The notes under the pieces were generated by a model. It did not search any database. It worked only from the letters and a program-made list of their open reading frames with translations, and was not told the DNA's origin. DNA of 64,000 bases from Nitrospirales bacterium (GTDB lineage: Bacteria; Nitrospirota; Nitrospiria; Nitrospirales; UBA8639): assembly GCA_965223295.1 (NCBI GenBank), contig CBDCWC010000003.1, positions 800,001-864,000 on the forward strand. Reading direction: 5' to 3'. Shown here piece after piece: positions 48,715 through 60,111 of this stretch; positions within the stretch are counted from its first letter, which is position 1, and every line of letters begins with the position of its first letter. Made by a program: the position numbers and the translations under genes.

Positions 48715-49332
48715 TCAGGGAGCCGGCGGAGGCACTGTGCCCTTCAACTTTTTCACCCAATCAGCCAATCTCCCTATCTTTTCGGCCGTAGCGTCCCGAA
48801 ACGAGAGCATAGCATCCTCATGACCTGCCTGCGCACACATCGCCACCGTATAACAACTCGTTCCCCCTCGAATAATCTTGAGGGAAAGATTGGCTTGGTG
48901 ACAATGCACGCCTACAAACATGCAGGCATCGATTTTATTATGCCAAATGGTGAGATTGGGGTGATTTGGGTTGATTTCAATTTCAGGATTAATCTTGGGG
49001 TATTTCGGTCGGTAATCAGGCATCGGGATCAACATGGCCTGTTGGAGTTTAGGGTCTACACATTCCTTAATAGTTTCATAGAGATGACGAACGGCTTTCG
49101 CCTTTTTTGCAGCTTTTTCATTCCACGCCCATAGCACCAAGGGGCCTGGGAACACGGTTGGAACTTTAGCCGCAAGAAATTCCTTGGCTGCCTGCTCCAT
49201 GGCCTCTTCCTCAGAAACAATGGCCCCATGGATATGTGCTTGCCCGGGGTCCGGCAACCGAACGCCCATTGAAGATGCCGCCGGAGGCAAAAAATGCTCG
49301 GGGCCAGGCATCACCTTATAAGTAGTCGTCAT
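48715..49332 (-). CDS. porD: Five-subunit POR delta subunit (CODH-beta-like fold)
   Basis: PGPEHFLPPAA, PDYRPKYPKINP, GVHCH, GHEDA; first gene of the operon. Confidence 0.8.
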   Translation of the reverse strand: MTTTYKVMPGPEHFLPPAASSMGVRLPDPGQAHIHGAIVSEEEAMEQAAKEFLAAKVPTVFPGPLVLWAWNEKAAKKAKAVRHLYETIKECVDPKLQQAMLIPMPDYRPKYPKINPEIEINPNHPNLTIWHNKIDACMFVGVHCHQANLSLKIIRGGTSCYTVAMCAQAGHEDAMLSFRDATAEKIGRLADWVKKLKGTVPPPAP

Positions 49333-49527
49333 TGTGCTACAAATCTCCATTCTTTATAAAATGACACAAAATACCCGTGATTACTTTTGGAGGGCATATG
49401 GTAAAGAGGTCTGGGGAATTTCTCAATACTGAAAAAGACCCAGCTACCAGTAATCTTAGACTTTTCGGCAAGGGATTGATGAGTCTTTGGCCCTACAGCC
49501 TCTGAATACGACGCAAAGAGCATAAAA

Positions 49528-49557
49528 AGTATATGAAGCCCTAGTAAACATTGTCAA
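49528..49557 (-). promoter_or_regulatory. sigma70-type promoter for the por operon
   Basis: Minus strand TTGACA-N18-TATACT. Confidence 0.55.
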
Positions 49558-49581
49558 TTTCATACACGAATCGCAAGGAGA

Positions 49582-50064
49582 TTACCGAGCCCGAACTTTT
49601 AATATCTCATAGTCCCAAACTGGATCGGTTTGTACTTGAGGCGCAACCGAAAACGGAATCGTCACAGAAAAATCTCGGGATTGGCCCGGAGGGATTTCTA
49701 TAGGAAACGTCCTCTGTTCTTGTCCTACGGTTTCACAGGTCCCAGACTCACAGTCTTTGACTGTCGCCTGAAGCATAACCGACAGTATGGTATAGTCAGT
49801 TGCTAAGTTCTGAATACGGCCCCCTACGACAAATGATCGAGAATTTAACCCTGATCGAACCCTCATTTGTGAAAGTTGGGCCTGGTTTACAGAAATCCGT
49901 TCAAACTCTAAACTGCGTTCCTCGGTATCCTGCCAAATAATGACACCAATCGCCCCAATTAAGAGGACCACCGTCATTCCCAAAACTCGACGAAACTTGG
50001 GGAAACTGACCGCTGTGAGAATGAGGATCGCTAGTAATAAGAACAGGGCAATACGAAGCATCAC
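49582..50064 (-). CDS. Membrane-anchored hypothetical protein with an Ig-like beta domain
   Basis: Two N-terminal TMs, V.GRIQN, IPPGQSRDF. Confidence 0.65.
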   Translation of the reverse strand: MMLRIALFLLLAILILTAVSFPKFRRVLGMTVVLLIGAIGVIIWQDTEERSLEFERISVNQAQLSQMRVRSGLNSRSFVVGGRIQNLATDYTILSVMLQATVKDCESGTCETVGQEQRTFPIEIPPGQSRDFSVTIPFSVAPQVQTDPVWDYEILKVRAR

Positions 50065-50175
50065 ATTTCAGGCTCACATCTGAAAACTATTTTCCACTTC
50101 CCAGAAAGACCATTTCTCATTTTTTTATATCGGACGGGACCAAAGAATTCTTTCAATTTTTCACGAGGATAGATC

Positions 50176-51000
50176 ATGATAGATTGGTCGCATGAAGTCG
50201 AGATCGCTTCAACGTTAGCGAAAGAAGCAGGACAAGTCATTATGAACATTTACGAACAAGATTTTGCCATATCCTATAAAGGAACCAATGATCCGGTCAC
50301 AGAGGCTGACCAACTAGCCAATACCCTTATTGTTCAGCGACTGGCCAAGCATTTCCCTCAAGACAGAATTATAGCTGAAGAAAGTCCCTTGCCAACTGGC
50401 ACACAACAATTAGATCGCGTGTGGTATGTCGATCCGCTGGACGGAACAAAGGAATTTATTGCCCGTAATGGTGAGTTTTCCATCATGATTGGTTTGACAG
50501 TCAATGGAAGAACGCAGTTGGGCGTTGTCTATCGCCCCACAGAAGACCAGCTCTTCGCAGGCATTGCAGATCAAGAAGCTTGGATGGAGCATCAAGGAAC
50601 CCGCCTGCCTTTAAAAGCCACACACGCTAAATCTTTGTCAGCTCTCACTCTTGTGGCCTCTCGATCTCATCGTTCTCCAAAACTTTCTGGCATCAAACAA
50701 ACCTTGAATATTCAAGAGGAACATCCCATGGGAAGCGTGGGACTCAAGATTGGGTTCATTGCTCGAGGAGGAGCCGACCTTTATATGGAACCAGGACCTT
50801 ATACAAAATCCTGGGATGCCTGTGCCCCGGAAGCCATATTACGAGGAGCCGGCGGCTGCTTCACCGATGTGCATGGAAACCCTATCCAATACGATGGCAG
50901 AGAAATTCGCAATGTGCATGGTATAGTCGGAAGTACAAAAGATTGTCATCAACAAGTCATTGACGCCTTGACGGGCTCATGTGTCTCATGTGAAGGTTGA
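50176..51000 (+). CDS. cysQ: 3'(2'),5'-bisphosphate nucleotidase CysQ / inositol monophosphatase family
   Basis: PVTEAD, AEE, VDPLDGTKEFI, SRSH, WDACA. Confidence 0.88.
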   Translation: MIDWSHEVEIASTLAKEAGQVIMNIYEQDFAISYKGTNDPVTEADQLANTLIVQRLAKHFPQDRIIAEESPLPTGTQQLDRVWYVDPLDGTKEFIARNGEFSIMIGLTVNGRTQLGVVYRPTEDQLFAGIADQEAWMEHQGTRLPLKATHAKSLSALTLVASRSHRSPKLSGIKQTLNIQEEHPMGSVGLKIGFIARGGADLYMEPGPYTKSWDACAPEAILRGAGGCFTDVHGNPIQYDGREIRNVHGIVGSTKDCHQQVIDALTGSCVSCEG

Positions 51001-51074
51001 CACCTTTTTTTGGCGATTCTTAGAATCGACCTGCCTGTTTCCCAGACTTAAGTAATTGCTCAAGAGTCCATTCC

Positions 51075-52394
51075 ATGCGTGAGGATTTAGTTATCATTGG
51101 AGGCGGCTTGGCCGGCTCCGAAGCTGCGTGGCACGCCGCAAACTTAGGTGCAAAGGTGACCCTCTATGAAATGCGCCCGAAAACTGAAACCGCCGCTCAT
51201 AAGACCGAACATCTTGCGGAAATCGTTTGTTCCAATTCGCTAGGATCCAATGATCCGCTCAGTGCACCTGGCATCCTCAAACAAGAAATGAGACAGCTTG
51301 GGTCTCTCATCATTAAGGTCGCTGATGATGTCGCGGTCCCCGCCGGGGCAGCCTTAGCCGTTGACCGAGAACAATTTGCTCAAAAAATTACACAGGCTCT
51401 GACAGAACATCCCAATGTGCGAATCCTACGAGAAGAAATTCATGACATTCCTGAAGACGCCGTATGTATCATCGCAACAGGCCCTCTCACTTCCCCCAAA
51501 CTCTCTGAAGCCATTACCCAGCTCACACGGTCCAAAAATCTCTACTTCTTTGATGCCATTTCCCCCATCGTGGATACCGACTCATTGAATATGAACAAAA
51601 TTTTCCGTGCTTCCCGCTATGATAAAGGCACGGCCGATTACCTCAACTGCCCGATGGACGAAGAACGTTATAATCAATTCTATGATGCCCTCACCCAAGC
51701 CGAACGCGTCCAACCCAAAGCCTTTGAAAATATTCCATACTTTGAGGGCTGTCTTCCTATTGAAGTCATGGCGGATCGAGGTCGAAAAACGTTGGCCTTC
51801 GGCCCTCTCAAGCCAGTTGGGCTAATCGACCCCAAAACCGGGACACAACCCTATGCCGTGTTACAATTACGAGCAGAGAATCATCATGGATCCTGTTATA
51901 ACCTTGTGGGCTTCCAAACCAAACTGACGTATCCTGAACAGCGACGTGTGTTTCGCATGATTCCAGGGCTGGAGGAAGCCGAATTCCTTCGCTGCGGCAG
52001 CATCCACCGAAATACTTTTATTAATGTCCCCATTCTCCTGAATAAGACATTGCAATTAAAGAAACATCCGAACATTTTATTTGCCGGGCAATTAGTTGGC
52101 GTCGAAGGCTACGTGGAAGCTGCTGCGAGTGGAGGTCTTGCTGGGCTCAATGCAGCTCGAATGTTATCAGAGCAGAAACTCTTCACACCTCCGCCAACCA
52201 CCGCTCATGGAGCTCTTCTTGAATACATCACAACCTGTGAGCCCAAACATTTCCAACCCATCAATACCAATTTTGGCCTGTTTCCACCACTTGATACACC
52301 AATTCGAGAAAAACAGAAAAAACGGCAGGCCATTCAAGAACGGGCGCTGTCGGATTTTCAATCTTGGACCACACAATCCGGACTTTCAACATGA
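51075..52394 (+). CDS. trmFO: Folate-dependent tRNA m5U54 methyltransferase
   Basis: GGGLAGSEAA, AEIVCSNS, ALAVDR, FFDAISP, HRNTFIN, GVEGY. Confidence 0.95.
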   Translation: MREDLVIIGGGLAGSEAAWHAANLGAKVTLYEMRPKTETAAHKTEHLAEIVCSNSLGSNDPLSAPGILKQEMRQLGSLIIKVADDVAVPAGAALAVDREQFAQKITQALTEHPNVRILREEIHDIPEDAVCIIATGPLTSPKLSEAITQLTRSKNLYFFDAISPIVDTDSLNMNKIFRASRYDKGTADYLNCPMDEERYNQFYDALTQAERVQPKAFENIPYFEGCLPIEVMADRGRKTLAFGPLKPVGLIDPKTGTQPYAVLQLRAENHHGSCYNLVGFQTKLTYPEQRRVFRMIPGLEEAEFLRCGSIHRNTFINVPILLNKTLQLKKHPNILFAGQLVGVEGYVEAAASGGLAGLNAARMLSEQKLFTPPPTTAHGALLEYITTCEPKHFQPINTNFGLFPPLDTPIREKQKKRQAIQERALSDFQSWTTQSGLST

Positions 52395-53368
52395 ATGACG
52401 CAATCCAAGATTTTCTCCTCCATTTACAATTAGAACGTGGCGTGTCGACAGATACGCATCATAGTTACCAGTCTGATCTTCAACAGTTCTTGGGACATCT
52501 CCAAGCGCAGTACTTTCGGGACAACGTAGCCCCGCAACCTAAGGATATTGATATATTCCATATCAGATCCTTCCTAAAACATTTGAGCGACCAGGGCTTA
52601 GCCAAAACATCGCTGGCTCGCAAGCTGGCCTGCCTGAAAAGTTTTTTTCGATTCTTGGTAGAGGAAGGCCAGATTAAACAGAATCCAGCCGCAGCTGTCC
52701 GCTCCCCTCGTTTGGGTACACGCTTGCCTACGGTGTTGACAAAAGACGAAGCCACCACGTTATTAGATAGCCCTCCCGCAGCGACGTGGATTGAGGCCAG
52801 AAATCATGCAATTTTGGAAACTCTTTATTCCAGTGGGGCACGAGTTTCAGAGTTGGTCGGTCTAAACTGGGATCATGTAGACCTTGACGCCCAACTCATT
52901 CGATTACGGGGAAAAGGCAAAAAAGAACGCAGGGTCCCAATAGGAGGCGTGGCCATAGAGGCCCTCCTCCACTATCAGCAACTCTTGCCTGCTGTCACTA
53001 AATCCACACGGAAGAACGTGCAGCACGGGCATTCCTCCTCTTCAAGGTCGCAACCTCTATTTTTAAACACACGAGGAGGCCGCTTAACAACACGAAGCAT
53101 TGAACGCATGGTCAAGCAACAATCTAGCACCCGATTTTCTCAGTCGGTTACCCCTCATACGCTACGCCATTCGTTCGCCACTCACTTACTCGATGAGGGC
53201 GCCGATTTACGAGCAATCCAAGAATTACTCGGGCATGCCTCATTAGCCACCACACAAAAATATACACATGTGGCGACGGATCAACTGATGGCCGTGTATG
53301 ATCAAGCTCACCCGAGATCAGGGTCCTCTCTTAACACATCATCAGAAGGAGATCACCGCAAATCATGA
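52391..53368 (+). CDS. xerC: Tyrosine recombinase XerC
   Basis: [46 protein letters not shown]; trmFO-xerC-hslVU synteny. Confidence 0.9.
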   Translation: MNDAIQDFLLHLQLERGVSTDTHHSYQSDLQQFLGHLQAQYFRDNVAPQPKDIDIFHIRSFLKHLSDQGLAKTSLARKLACLKSFFRFLVEEGQIKQNPAAAVRSPRLGTRLPTVLTKDEATTLLDSPPAATWIEARNHAILETLYSSGARVSELVGLNWDHVDLDAQLIRLRGKGKKERRVPIGGVAIEALLHYQQLLPAVTKSTRKNVQHGHSSSSRSQPLFLNTRGGRLTTRSIERMVKQQSSTRFSQSVTPHTLRHSFATHLLDEGADLRAIQELLGHASLATTQKYTHVATDQLMAVYDQAHPRSGSSLNTSSEGDHRKS

Positions 53369-53901
53369 TCATCCGTTCCACGACCATTCTCTGCGTGCGG
53401 AAGGGGCCAGTGGTGGCCATGGGCTCTGACGGTCAGGTTACAGTCGGTACAACCGTGATGAAAAGTAATGCACGGAAGCTCCGCCGAATGCATCAAGGCC
53501 AAGTGTTGGCAGGGTTTGCTGGAGCCACAGCCGACGCTTTTACCCTGTTTGAAAAATTCGAGGCTAAGCTGGAAGAATATCGGGGAAAGCTCACCCGTGC
53601 GGCGGTGGAACTGGCAAAAGACTGGCGAACCGATCGCGTGCTTCGACGACTCGAAGCCCTGCTCGCCGTGGCCAACCACGAACAGTCTTTTATCATTTCT
53701 GGCACCGGCGATGTCATCGAACCCGAAGATGGTATTTTGGCCATTGGCTCAGGTGGATCCTATGCATTAGCTGCAGCACGTGCTCTTCTTGCCCAAACAA
53801 CACTTGATCCCAAACACATCGTAGAACAAAGTATGCAAATCGCTGGCAGTATTGATATCTACACCAATCACCAAATTGTTATTGAGGAGTTGCCGAAATA
53901 A
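53365..53901 (+). CDS. hslV: ATP-dependent protease subunit HslV
   Basis: STTIL, DGQVT, GFAG.TADA, DWRTDR.LRRLEA, GSGG. Confidence 0.96.
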   Translation: MIIRSTTILCVRKGPVVAMGSDGQVTVGTTVMKSNARKLRRMHQGQVLAGFAGATADAFTLFEKFEAKLEEYRGKLTRAAVELAKDWRTDRVLRRLEALLAVANHEQSFIISGTGDVIEPEDGILAIGSGGSYALAAARALLAQTTLDPKHIVEQSMQIAGSIDIYTNHQIVIEELPK

Positions 53902-53904
53902 CCA

Positions 53905-55323
53905 ATGGAACAGTTATCAGAGCCTTCAACACCAACACTTGATTCCCTCACCCCACGCCAAATCGTGGAAGAACTTGACCGCTATGTCATTGGGCAAAAG
54001 GATGCGAAACGGATGGTGGCCATCGCCCTCCGCAATCGATGGCGCCGCCAACAACTCAGCCCAGAGCTCCGTGAGGAAATTGTGCCGAAAAATATCATTA
54101 TGATTGGTCCCACTGGCGTTGGGAAAACCGAAGTCTCCCGTCGTGTCTCAAAACTTGCTGATGCTCCATTTATCAAAGTGGAAGCGTCCAAATTTACCGA
54201 GGTAGGCTATGTCGGACGAGATGTGGAGTCCCTCATACGGGATCTGACTGATATTTCTATTAATCAAGTGAAATCAGCCTATCTCGAACAAGTTCAACAC
54301 AAAGCAGAAGAAATGGCTGAGGAACGAGTGTTGGATATTCTGCTCCCACCCTCTCCCTCGACTTCACTAACGAATTCCAGCAACACCGAGACAGAGGGAG
54401 AAAATTCTGACACTCCATCCCTCAAAAAACCTGACTCGCAGGACTCTACCCGCGCCAAACTTCGGGTTCAGCTGAAGGAAGGCAAGCTCGATAATCGTCT
54501 GGTAGAAGTTGAGGTGAAAGATAAGGGTGGAATCCCCGTCGGGATCATCTCAAACATGGGCGGGATGGAAGATATGGAACACAACATCCGCGAAATGCTT
54601 GGTGGCCTGATGCCAGGAAAAAAGAAAGACCGCCGGATGAAAATTTCCGAGGCCTTAAAGTTTCTAACCCAGGAAGAAGCCCAAAAACTCATTGATATGG
54701 ATGAGGTAACCAAGGAAGCTATCTCACGCACGGAACAGTCAGGCATCGTGTTTCTGGATGAAATTGATAAAATTGCGGGAAAAGAAAAACATCAAGGCCC
54801 AGATATTTCCCGGGAAGGCGTGCAGCGTGATTTGTTACCCATTGTGGAAGGCTGCACTGTCAACACCAAACATGGGTTGGTCAAGACAGATCATATTTTA
54901 TTTATCGCCGCCGGGGCCTTTCATGTCTCCAAACCGGCCGATATGATCCCAGAATTACAAGGCCGGTTTCCCATTCGCGTTGAGCTGGAACCCCTGACCA
55001 AAGATGATCTTATCCGAATTCTCACCGAACCTAAAAATGCACTGATTAAACAATATCATGCTCTCCTTGAAACAGAAGGCATCAACCTGGATTTCACGAC
55101 GGATGGCATCGAAGAGATTGCCGCAACCGCAGTAGAGGTTAATGACCGCACCGAAAATATCGGCGCTCGTCGTCTCTTCACGATTGTTGAACGACTCTTA
55201 GAGGAAGTGTCATTTGAAGCTCAAGATCTTCCAGAAAAACATGTGGTCGTGAATGCTCAATATGTCAAAGATCATTTACAAAACATTGTCAAAGACCAAG
55301 ACCTCAGCCGGTTTATTTTATAA
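53905..55323 (+). CDS. hslU: ATP-dependent protease ATPase HslU
   Basis: [37 protein letters not shown]. Confidence 0.96.
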   Translation: MEQLSEPSTPTLDSLTPRQIVEELDRYVIGQKDAKRMVAIALRNRWRRQQLSPELREEIVPKNIIMIGPTGVGKTEVSRRVSKLADAPFIKVEASKFTEVGYVGRDVESLIRDLTDISINQVKSAYLEQVQHKAEEMAEERVLDILLPPSPSTSLTNSSNTETEGENSDTPSLKKPDSQDSTRAKLRVQLKEGKLDNRLVEVEVKDKGGIPVGIISNMGGMEDMEHNIREMLGGLMPGKKKDRRMKISEALKFLTQEEAQKLIDMDEVTKEAISRTEQSGIVFLDEIDKIAGKEKHQGPDISREGVQRDLLPIVEGCTVNTKHGLVKTDHILFIAAGAFHVSKPADMIPELQGRFPIRVELEPLTKDDLIRILTEPKNALIKQYHALLETEGINLDFTTDGIEEIAATAVEVNDRTENIGARRLFTIVERLLEEVSFEAQDLPEKHVVVNAQYVKDHLQNIVKDQDLSRFIL

Positions 55324-55346
55324 ACCTTCGGAATTTCGCAACACTC

Positions 55347-56240
55347 GTGGACACACTTATTAAAAAAGCCAATATCCTGATTGAGGCCCTTCCCTACATT
55401 CGTAATTTTGCGGGAAAGACCATCGTCATTAAATACGGCGGCCATGCCATGACTGATGAACACCTCAAAGAAGGTTTTGCAGAAGATGTGGTGTTGCTAA
55501 AATATGTTGGACTCAACCCAATCATCGTCCATGGAGGTGGCCCACAAATTAATAAAATGCTCGACACCCTCGGGATTGAAGCCAAGTTCATTCATGGCGT
55601 TCGGATCACCGACGAACCCACGATGGAAGTAGTCGAGATGATTTTAGGTGGCCGGATTAACAAAGAGATTGTGGCACTACTCAATCAACATGGGGGAAAA
55701 GCCGTCGGACTCACAGGAAAAGACGGTCGGTTATTCACCACCAAAGCATTTAATCCCAAGAGTCTTATCCATCGCTACAGCGGATCGACGGAAGCCCTTC
55801 AATCAGAAAATTATGGCCTAGTCGGGGAAATCAGTAAGGTGAATAGTGAATTATTATTCACCCTTCAAAATGCCAATTACATTCCCGTCATTGCCCCAAT
55901 TGGAGTCGATGCAAAAGGGAACACCCATAATATTAACGCCGATCTCGTGGCGGGAAGTTTAGCGGCAGCTATCCGAGCCGAGAAACTGCTCATGTTAAGT
56001 GATGTGAAAGGCATCCGGAATGCCAAAGGAACACATGTGTCGACATTGTCACGAAAAGACATGGAGCGAATGGTCAAGAAAAAAGTGATTAACGAAGGCA
56101 TGCTCCCAAAAGTGCATGCCTGCCTCACGGCCTTGCAAGGCGGCGTAGAAAAAGCTCATATCATTGATGGACGAGTTCCTCACGCAGTCTTACTAGAAAT
56201 CTTCACCGACAAAGGTATCGGCACGGAAATCGTCGCCTAA
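55347..56240 (+). CDS. argB: Acetylglutamate kinase
   Basis: EALPYI, IKYGG.AM, VHGGG, NINAD, GMLPK, HIIDGR. Confidence 0.95.
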   Translation: MDTLIKKANILIEALPYIRNFAGKTIVIKYGGHAMTDEHLKEGFAEDVVLLKYVGLNPIIVHGGGPQINKMLDTLGIEAKFIHGVRITDEPTMEVVEMILGGRINKEIVALLNQHGGKAVGLTGKDGRLFTTKAFNPKSLIHRYSGSTEALQSENYGLVGEISKVNSELLFTLQNANYIPVIAPIGVDAKGNTHNINADLVAGSLAAAIRAEKLLMLSDVKGIRNAKGTHVSTLSRKDMERMVKKKVINEGMLPKVHACLTALQGGVEKAHIIDGRVPHAVLLEIFTDKGIGTEIVA

Positions 56241-56278
56241 GCTCTTTATGTAGACGTAGGAGAGAATTTTTTGCCTCC

Positions 56279-56309
56279 GTCATTCCCGGCATCTTTAATC
56301 GGGAATCCA
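56279..56309. repeat. REP-like hairpin (GTCATTCCCG-type)
   Basis: gtcattcccggcatctttaatcgggaatcca. Confidence 0.55.
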
Positions 56310-56358
56310 TCTGAGCCTTGTGGGTTTGGGATTTCCCCATCACCAAACCTTACACAAC

Positions 56359-56967
56359 ATGAAACTCACCAAAGACGAGTCTTCTGAACGGAGATCCATC
56401 CCCCAACCTGATCGTCGATCAGCGCTGCTCCTTGTGGATCCCCAAAACGATTTTTTCCCGGGTGGTACGATGAGTCCACGAGAAGGCACAAGTCTCATTC
56501 CAGTTATCAATAGCTACATTCAACATTTCAGCCGAAACGGCTGGCCGATCTTGGCCACACGAGATTGGCATCCACCCAATCATTGTTCTTTTACTGACCA
56601 AGGTGGACCCCATCCAACCCATTGCGTTCAAGGATCACGCGGCGCACAGTTTCACTCGGATCTGGTCATGCCTCCCGGCATGATGGTCATTTCCAAAGGC
56701 ACAGATGCTAAGAAGGATTCGGGATCGGGCTTCGAAGGAAGCAGTTTGGCAGATCGACTAGAAGACCTAGATGTAAAAACAGTGTTTGTATTAGGGCCAG
56801 CAACGCATCGTTGCCTCAAGCAGACGATTGTGGATGCATGCAAACTCAGCCTCCAAGTCATCATTCTAAAAGATGCCGTTGGAATCACAGAAGGTCTCTT
56901 CAAAGAAATCGATCAGACAGGAGGCCTCCAAGCGACAGCAGCCGACTTAGGAATCAAACTCACCTAG
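56359..56967 (+). CDS. pncA: Nicotinamidase/isochorismatase family hydrolase
   Basis: VDPQNDF, TRDWHP..H.SF, HCVQG, ISKG, G.AT..C. Confidence 0.75.
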   Translation: MKLTKDESSERRSIPQPDRRSALLLVDPQNDFFPGGTMSPREGTSLIPVINSYIQHFSRNGWPILATRDWHPPNHCSFTDQGGPHPTHCVQGSRGAQFHSDLVMPPGMMVISKGTDAKKDSGSGFEGSSLADRLEDLDVKTVFVLGPATHRCLKQTIVDACKLSLQVIILKDAVGITEGLFKEIDQTGGLQATAADLGIKLT

Positions 56968-57133
56968 CTCAGAGCATGCATCCTCCTCTTTTTCTTCTCC
57001 ATCAATCCACCAAGAATTCAACTACAGAGTCAATCATTTATCTCTCAAATAGGGTATACCCTAAATGAGAGGATGGGAGGCAGGATAAAATCTCATAAAA
57101 ACAATAGGGTTAAACCGCAATTTTGGAGGGACC

Positions 57134-57820
57134 CTATTTGAGAGGAGTTGTTTCCTTCATTCGGGGGGTGGAGATTTTTCCAGTTGAAGGCGAACGGACC
57201 TTGAGGACATCGGCGACTTCTTGGCTGAAGGCGGCGAGCATGCGGCTCATGGCTTCAACAAGAGCTTCATAGTCGACCCCTCGCGGAATTTCGGAGAACT
57301 GACTGGTCTTTTTATACAATACGTTTTTCCTCTCCCCTTTCGCTAATGCCCACCGAACCTTAAAGACCGCTTCTTGGTTGTTCATCCCATCAAATTGAAT
57401 GACATCCAAGGACAATTGGTAGTCAGGCATTTTGGAACGATTCCAAGGATACGTGACAATTTTTTCAGTGTCCAACAACTCTGAAAGGTTTTCTTCCAGA
57501 ACATGACTCACATTCTCTTTGAGGGGAGCACCCCATTTATGAAATTCTGCCAGCTCGATTTCATGTGGACTAACTCTGGTCACAATCTGAGGACGTTCCA
57601 AATATTTCGGAATACTGATCGGTCCCAGCCCTAAAGACATTCCGGGCTGTCCAGCATCTCCTATCGAAGCACCAACAGGCACTTCCATCGCTCGCAGCAG
57701 GTAAAAATGGGTGGGGTCAGTCGTACCACATCCCCAAAGATTTACAAGACAGACCGTCACAATCCAACAACCCAGAAACTTTCGCATGCCCATGTTTTCC
57801 CCCTCACTCTTCCTTTCCAT
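57134..57820 (-). CDS. pqiC: PqiC lipoprotein (ABC_trans_aux family)
   Basis: Lipobox WGC, IPKYLERPQIV, HKWGAPL. Confidence 0.85.
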   Translation of the reverse strand: MERKSEGENMGMRKFLGCWIVTVCLVNLWGCGTTDPTHFYLLRAMEVPVGASIGDAGQPGMSLGLGPISIPKYLERPQIVTRVSPHEIELAEFHKWGAPLKENVSHVLEENLSELLDTEKIVTYPWNRSKMPDYQLSLDVIQFDGMNNQEAVFKVRWALAKGERKNVLYKKTSQFSEIPRGVDYEALVEAMSRMLAAFSQEVADVLKVRSPSTGKISTPRMKETTPLK

Positions 57821-59480
57821 GTACCAAAGATTCCGGGTGCTGCTCGAGATAATCGGCTAACACCCGAATGGATCGAGCGGCAGCAGCCAACTCTTCTAAA
57901 GTATTAGTCAGATTCACCGCGGTTGGAGAGTTTGGGTCGGCAATTTCTAAGGCTTCCCTGGCAGCCGCCAACGTTTTTTCAGTGCTGGTTGCCAAGGATT
58001 GAACGGTCTGGTCTACATCGTAGGTGAGTTTTTGCACATCCTCGAGCGTGGCACTTAATGATTCCACGGCTTGGGTTAGACTTGGCGAATTAGCCAGTCT
58101 CTTGGTTCCTTTCAACGTCTCCAACAATTCATGGGCAATCTTGTCTAATGGCAATTTTCGCAATTCCTCTAAGACACTAGTGGCGGTTCGTCGAAACTCA
58201 TCCAACGTAGAAGGCACCGTTGGAATTTCGGGATATTTACCGGTCATCACAAGTGTGGTTTTAGGAAGTTCCGGATAGAAATCCAGATCCACAAATAATT
58301 GTCCAGTTAAGAGGCTGCCAGTTTGTAATTGTGCCCGCATTCCATGATTCTCCACTAACAGACGACCAACTGAGTAGGGCTCTTCGGCATTAATTTGGTC
58401 CAAGGCTTCCAACACATCTGGTGTCAACATACGGTCTGGCTGGATTTCAATCGCGACCGGTACCTCAAAATTCAACGTCTTGGGATCCAATTCCATCGCA
58501 ATATCTGTGACGATTCCAATTTTGATGCCTTTCAATTCAACGGGAGCTCCAATACTCAACCCACGTACCGATCCATCAAAATGCAGTAAAAATGGAACCT
58601 TACGAACATATTTGGCTTCCCCAATACTCCCGAAACTATCAAAAAGCTCAAACATCGTTCCCGGCCTGCTTGGCTTGCCCGTTCCACCTGCCGTAGTCGG
58701 CGTATCAAACGCCACCCCTCCTGCCACTATTGAAGCAAGCGATTCCATTTTCACGTCAATGCCTTCGGCCCCTATCGAGGCCTCAATGCCCGCCCTCTGC
58801 CAAAATCGACTGGTATCCTGAACCAGCAAATGATAGGGGGCTTGTATAAAAATATCGATAAACACACTTTGATTATCTTTCGACAACTCATGACCTAAAA
58901 TACGCCCGACTTTGATCCCGCGTAAAAATACTGGTGCCCCGGGATAGCAGGAACCAAGCTGCTCAGCAATTAATTGAAACTGGCTTCCATCCTCAAAGGC
59001 CGTAACCCCAGGAGGATTTTCCAGCCCAATAAACTCTAGGGTTGGGTCGCCTGGCCTAGGATCGGCATCAATGTAAGCACCCGACACTAAGGTCTCTAAT
59101 CCTGAAATGCCGCTCAATCCAATCTGAGGTCTGACTACCCAAAACTGAGTATTTGTTGTCAGATGAGTCTCCGTTTCTTTGTCCATTTTGGCCGTCACGA
59201 CTACTTGGGAGAGATTTTCACTAATTCGAACGGTCTCAACGGTCCCAATCTCAACCGACTTATATTTGACCTTCGTTTTCCCAGCTTCCAATCCTTCCCC
59301 ATTATTAAATGTAATCGTGATGCTCGGACCCGCCTCTGAAATAGTCTTATAGGCTAACCACCCACCGACTAATGCAGCCACCAAGGGGATAATCCATACG
59401 ATGGAAAATCCCTCGCGAGAAGTGACCGCTACTTCAGGCAGCTCCTCAAGCGGTATGTGAGCAACTGGTTTATCAGACAT
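57804..59480 (-). CDS. pqiB: PqiB multi-MCE domain protein
   Basis: VWIIPLVA, three MCE domains, FWVVRP, GLETLVSG. Confidence 0.92.
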   Translation of the reverse strand: MSDKPVAHIPLEELPEVAVTSREGFSIVWIIPLVAALVGGWLAYKTISEAGPSITITFNNGEGLEAGKTKVKYKSVEIGTVETVRISENLSQVVVTAKMDKETETHLTTNTQFWVVRPQIGLSGISGLETLVSGAYIDADPRPGDPTLEFIGLENPPGVTAFEDGSQFQLIAEQLGSCYPGAPVFLRGIKVGRILGHELSKDNQSVFIDIFIQAPYHLLVQDTSRFWQRAGIEASIGAEGIDVKMESLASIVAGGVAFDTPTTAGGTGKPSRPGTMFELFDSFGSIGEAKYVRKVPFLLHFDGSVRGLSIGAPVELKGIKIGIVTDIAMELDPKTLNFEVPVAIEIQPDRMLTPDVLEALDQINAEEPYSVGRLLVENHGMRAQLQTGSLLTGQLFVDLDFYPELPKTTLVMTGKYPEIPTVPSTLDEFRRTATSVLEELRKLPLDKIAHELLETLKGTKRLANSPSLTQAVESLSATLEDVQKLTYDVDQTVQSLATSTEKTLAAAREALEIADPNSPTAVNLTNTLEELAAAARSIRVLADYLEQHPESLVHGKEE

Positions 59481-60111
59481 CAGAAGTTTTTAGAGCATCC
59501 CAAATTAATCGTGGATCAAAACTCATCGCCGCAAACATGGTCAAGATGACCACCGCAGCAAACGAGGTAGCGGCAGGACCTGGTTCAATCGTCGCAATGG
59601 CTTCCAGTCTCACCAAGGCCACCAAAATTGAAATCATGAAAATATCGATCATGGACCATCGGCCGACCGCTTCGGTCACTCGATAGATAACCGTTCGCGC
59701 CCTCGGACGCCACTGCCATTTTCTCTGGACGGACACCAAGAGAAACGTTAAACCAAAAAGTTTAATCAATGGAACGGTAATACTGGCAAAGAATACCAGA
59801 ACGGCCAATGGCCAAAGACCGCTCTCCCACAGTGATTGCACGCCACTCAAAATCGTATCAGGATCTCCTGCTCCAAAGGAAATAACGGTCATGATTGGAT
59901 ACACGTTTGCAGGAATATATAGAATATAAGCCGCAAGAATCAGCGCCCAGGTGCGAGCTAAGCTATTCGGTTTCCGGCGAGTGAGCCGTGTTCCACATCG
60001 CCGACACGTTGCATAGGCCTTTGGAGGTAACGCCTGAAGACGATTCACAAGGTGGCACGTTCCACAACTCACCAGAGCCGCTTGGCTGACATCACCAGTG
60101 CGACGACTCAT
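59473..60111 (-). CDS. pqiA: PqiA family protein (C-half type)
   Basis: CxxC..CxxC, RTWAL, PANVYP, GRWSMIDIF, FDPRLIWD. Confidence 0.9.
   Translation of the reverse strand: MSRRTGDVSQAALVSCGTCHLVNRLQALPPKAYATCRRCGTRLTRRKPNSLARTWALILAAYILYIPANVYPIMTVISFGAGDPDTILSGVQSLWESGLWPLAVLVFFASITVPLIKLFGLTFLLVSVQRKWQWRPRARTVIYRVTEAVGRWSMIDIFMISILVALVRLEAIATIEPGPAATSFAAVVILTMFAAMSFDPRLIWDALKTSDV

Noticed and set aside
52391-53368. Phage or island integrase
   Set aside because: The trmFO-xerC-hslVU context indicates housekeeping XerC
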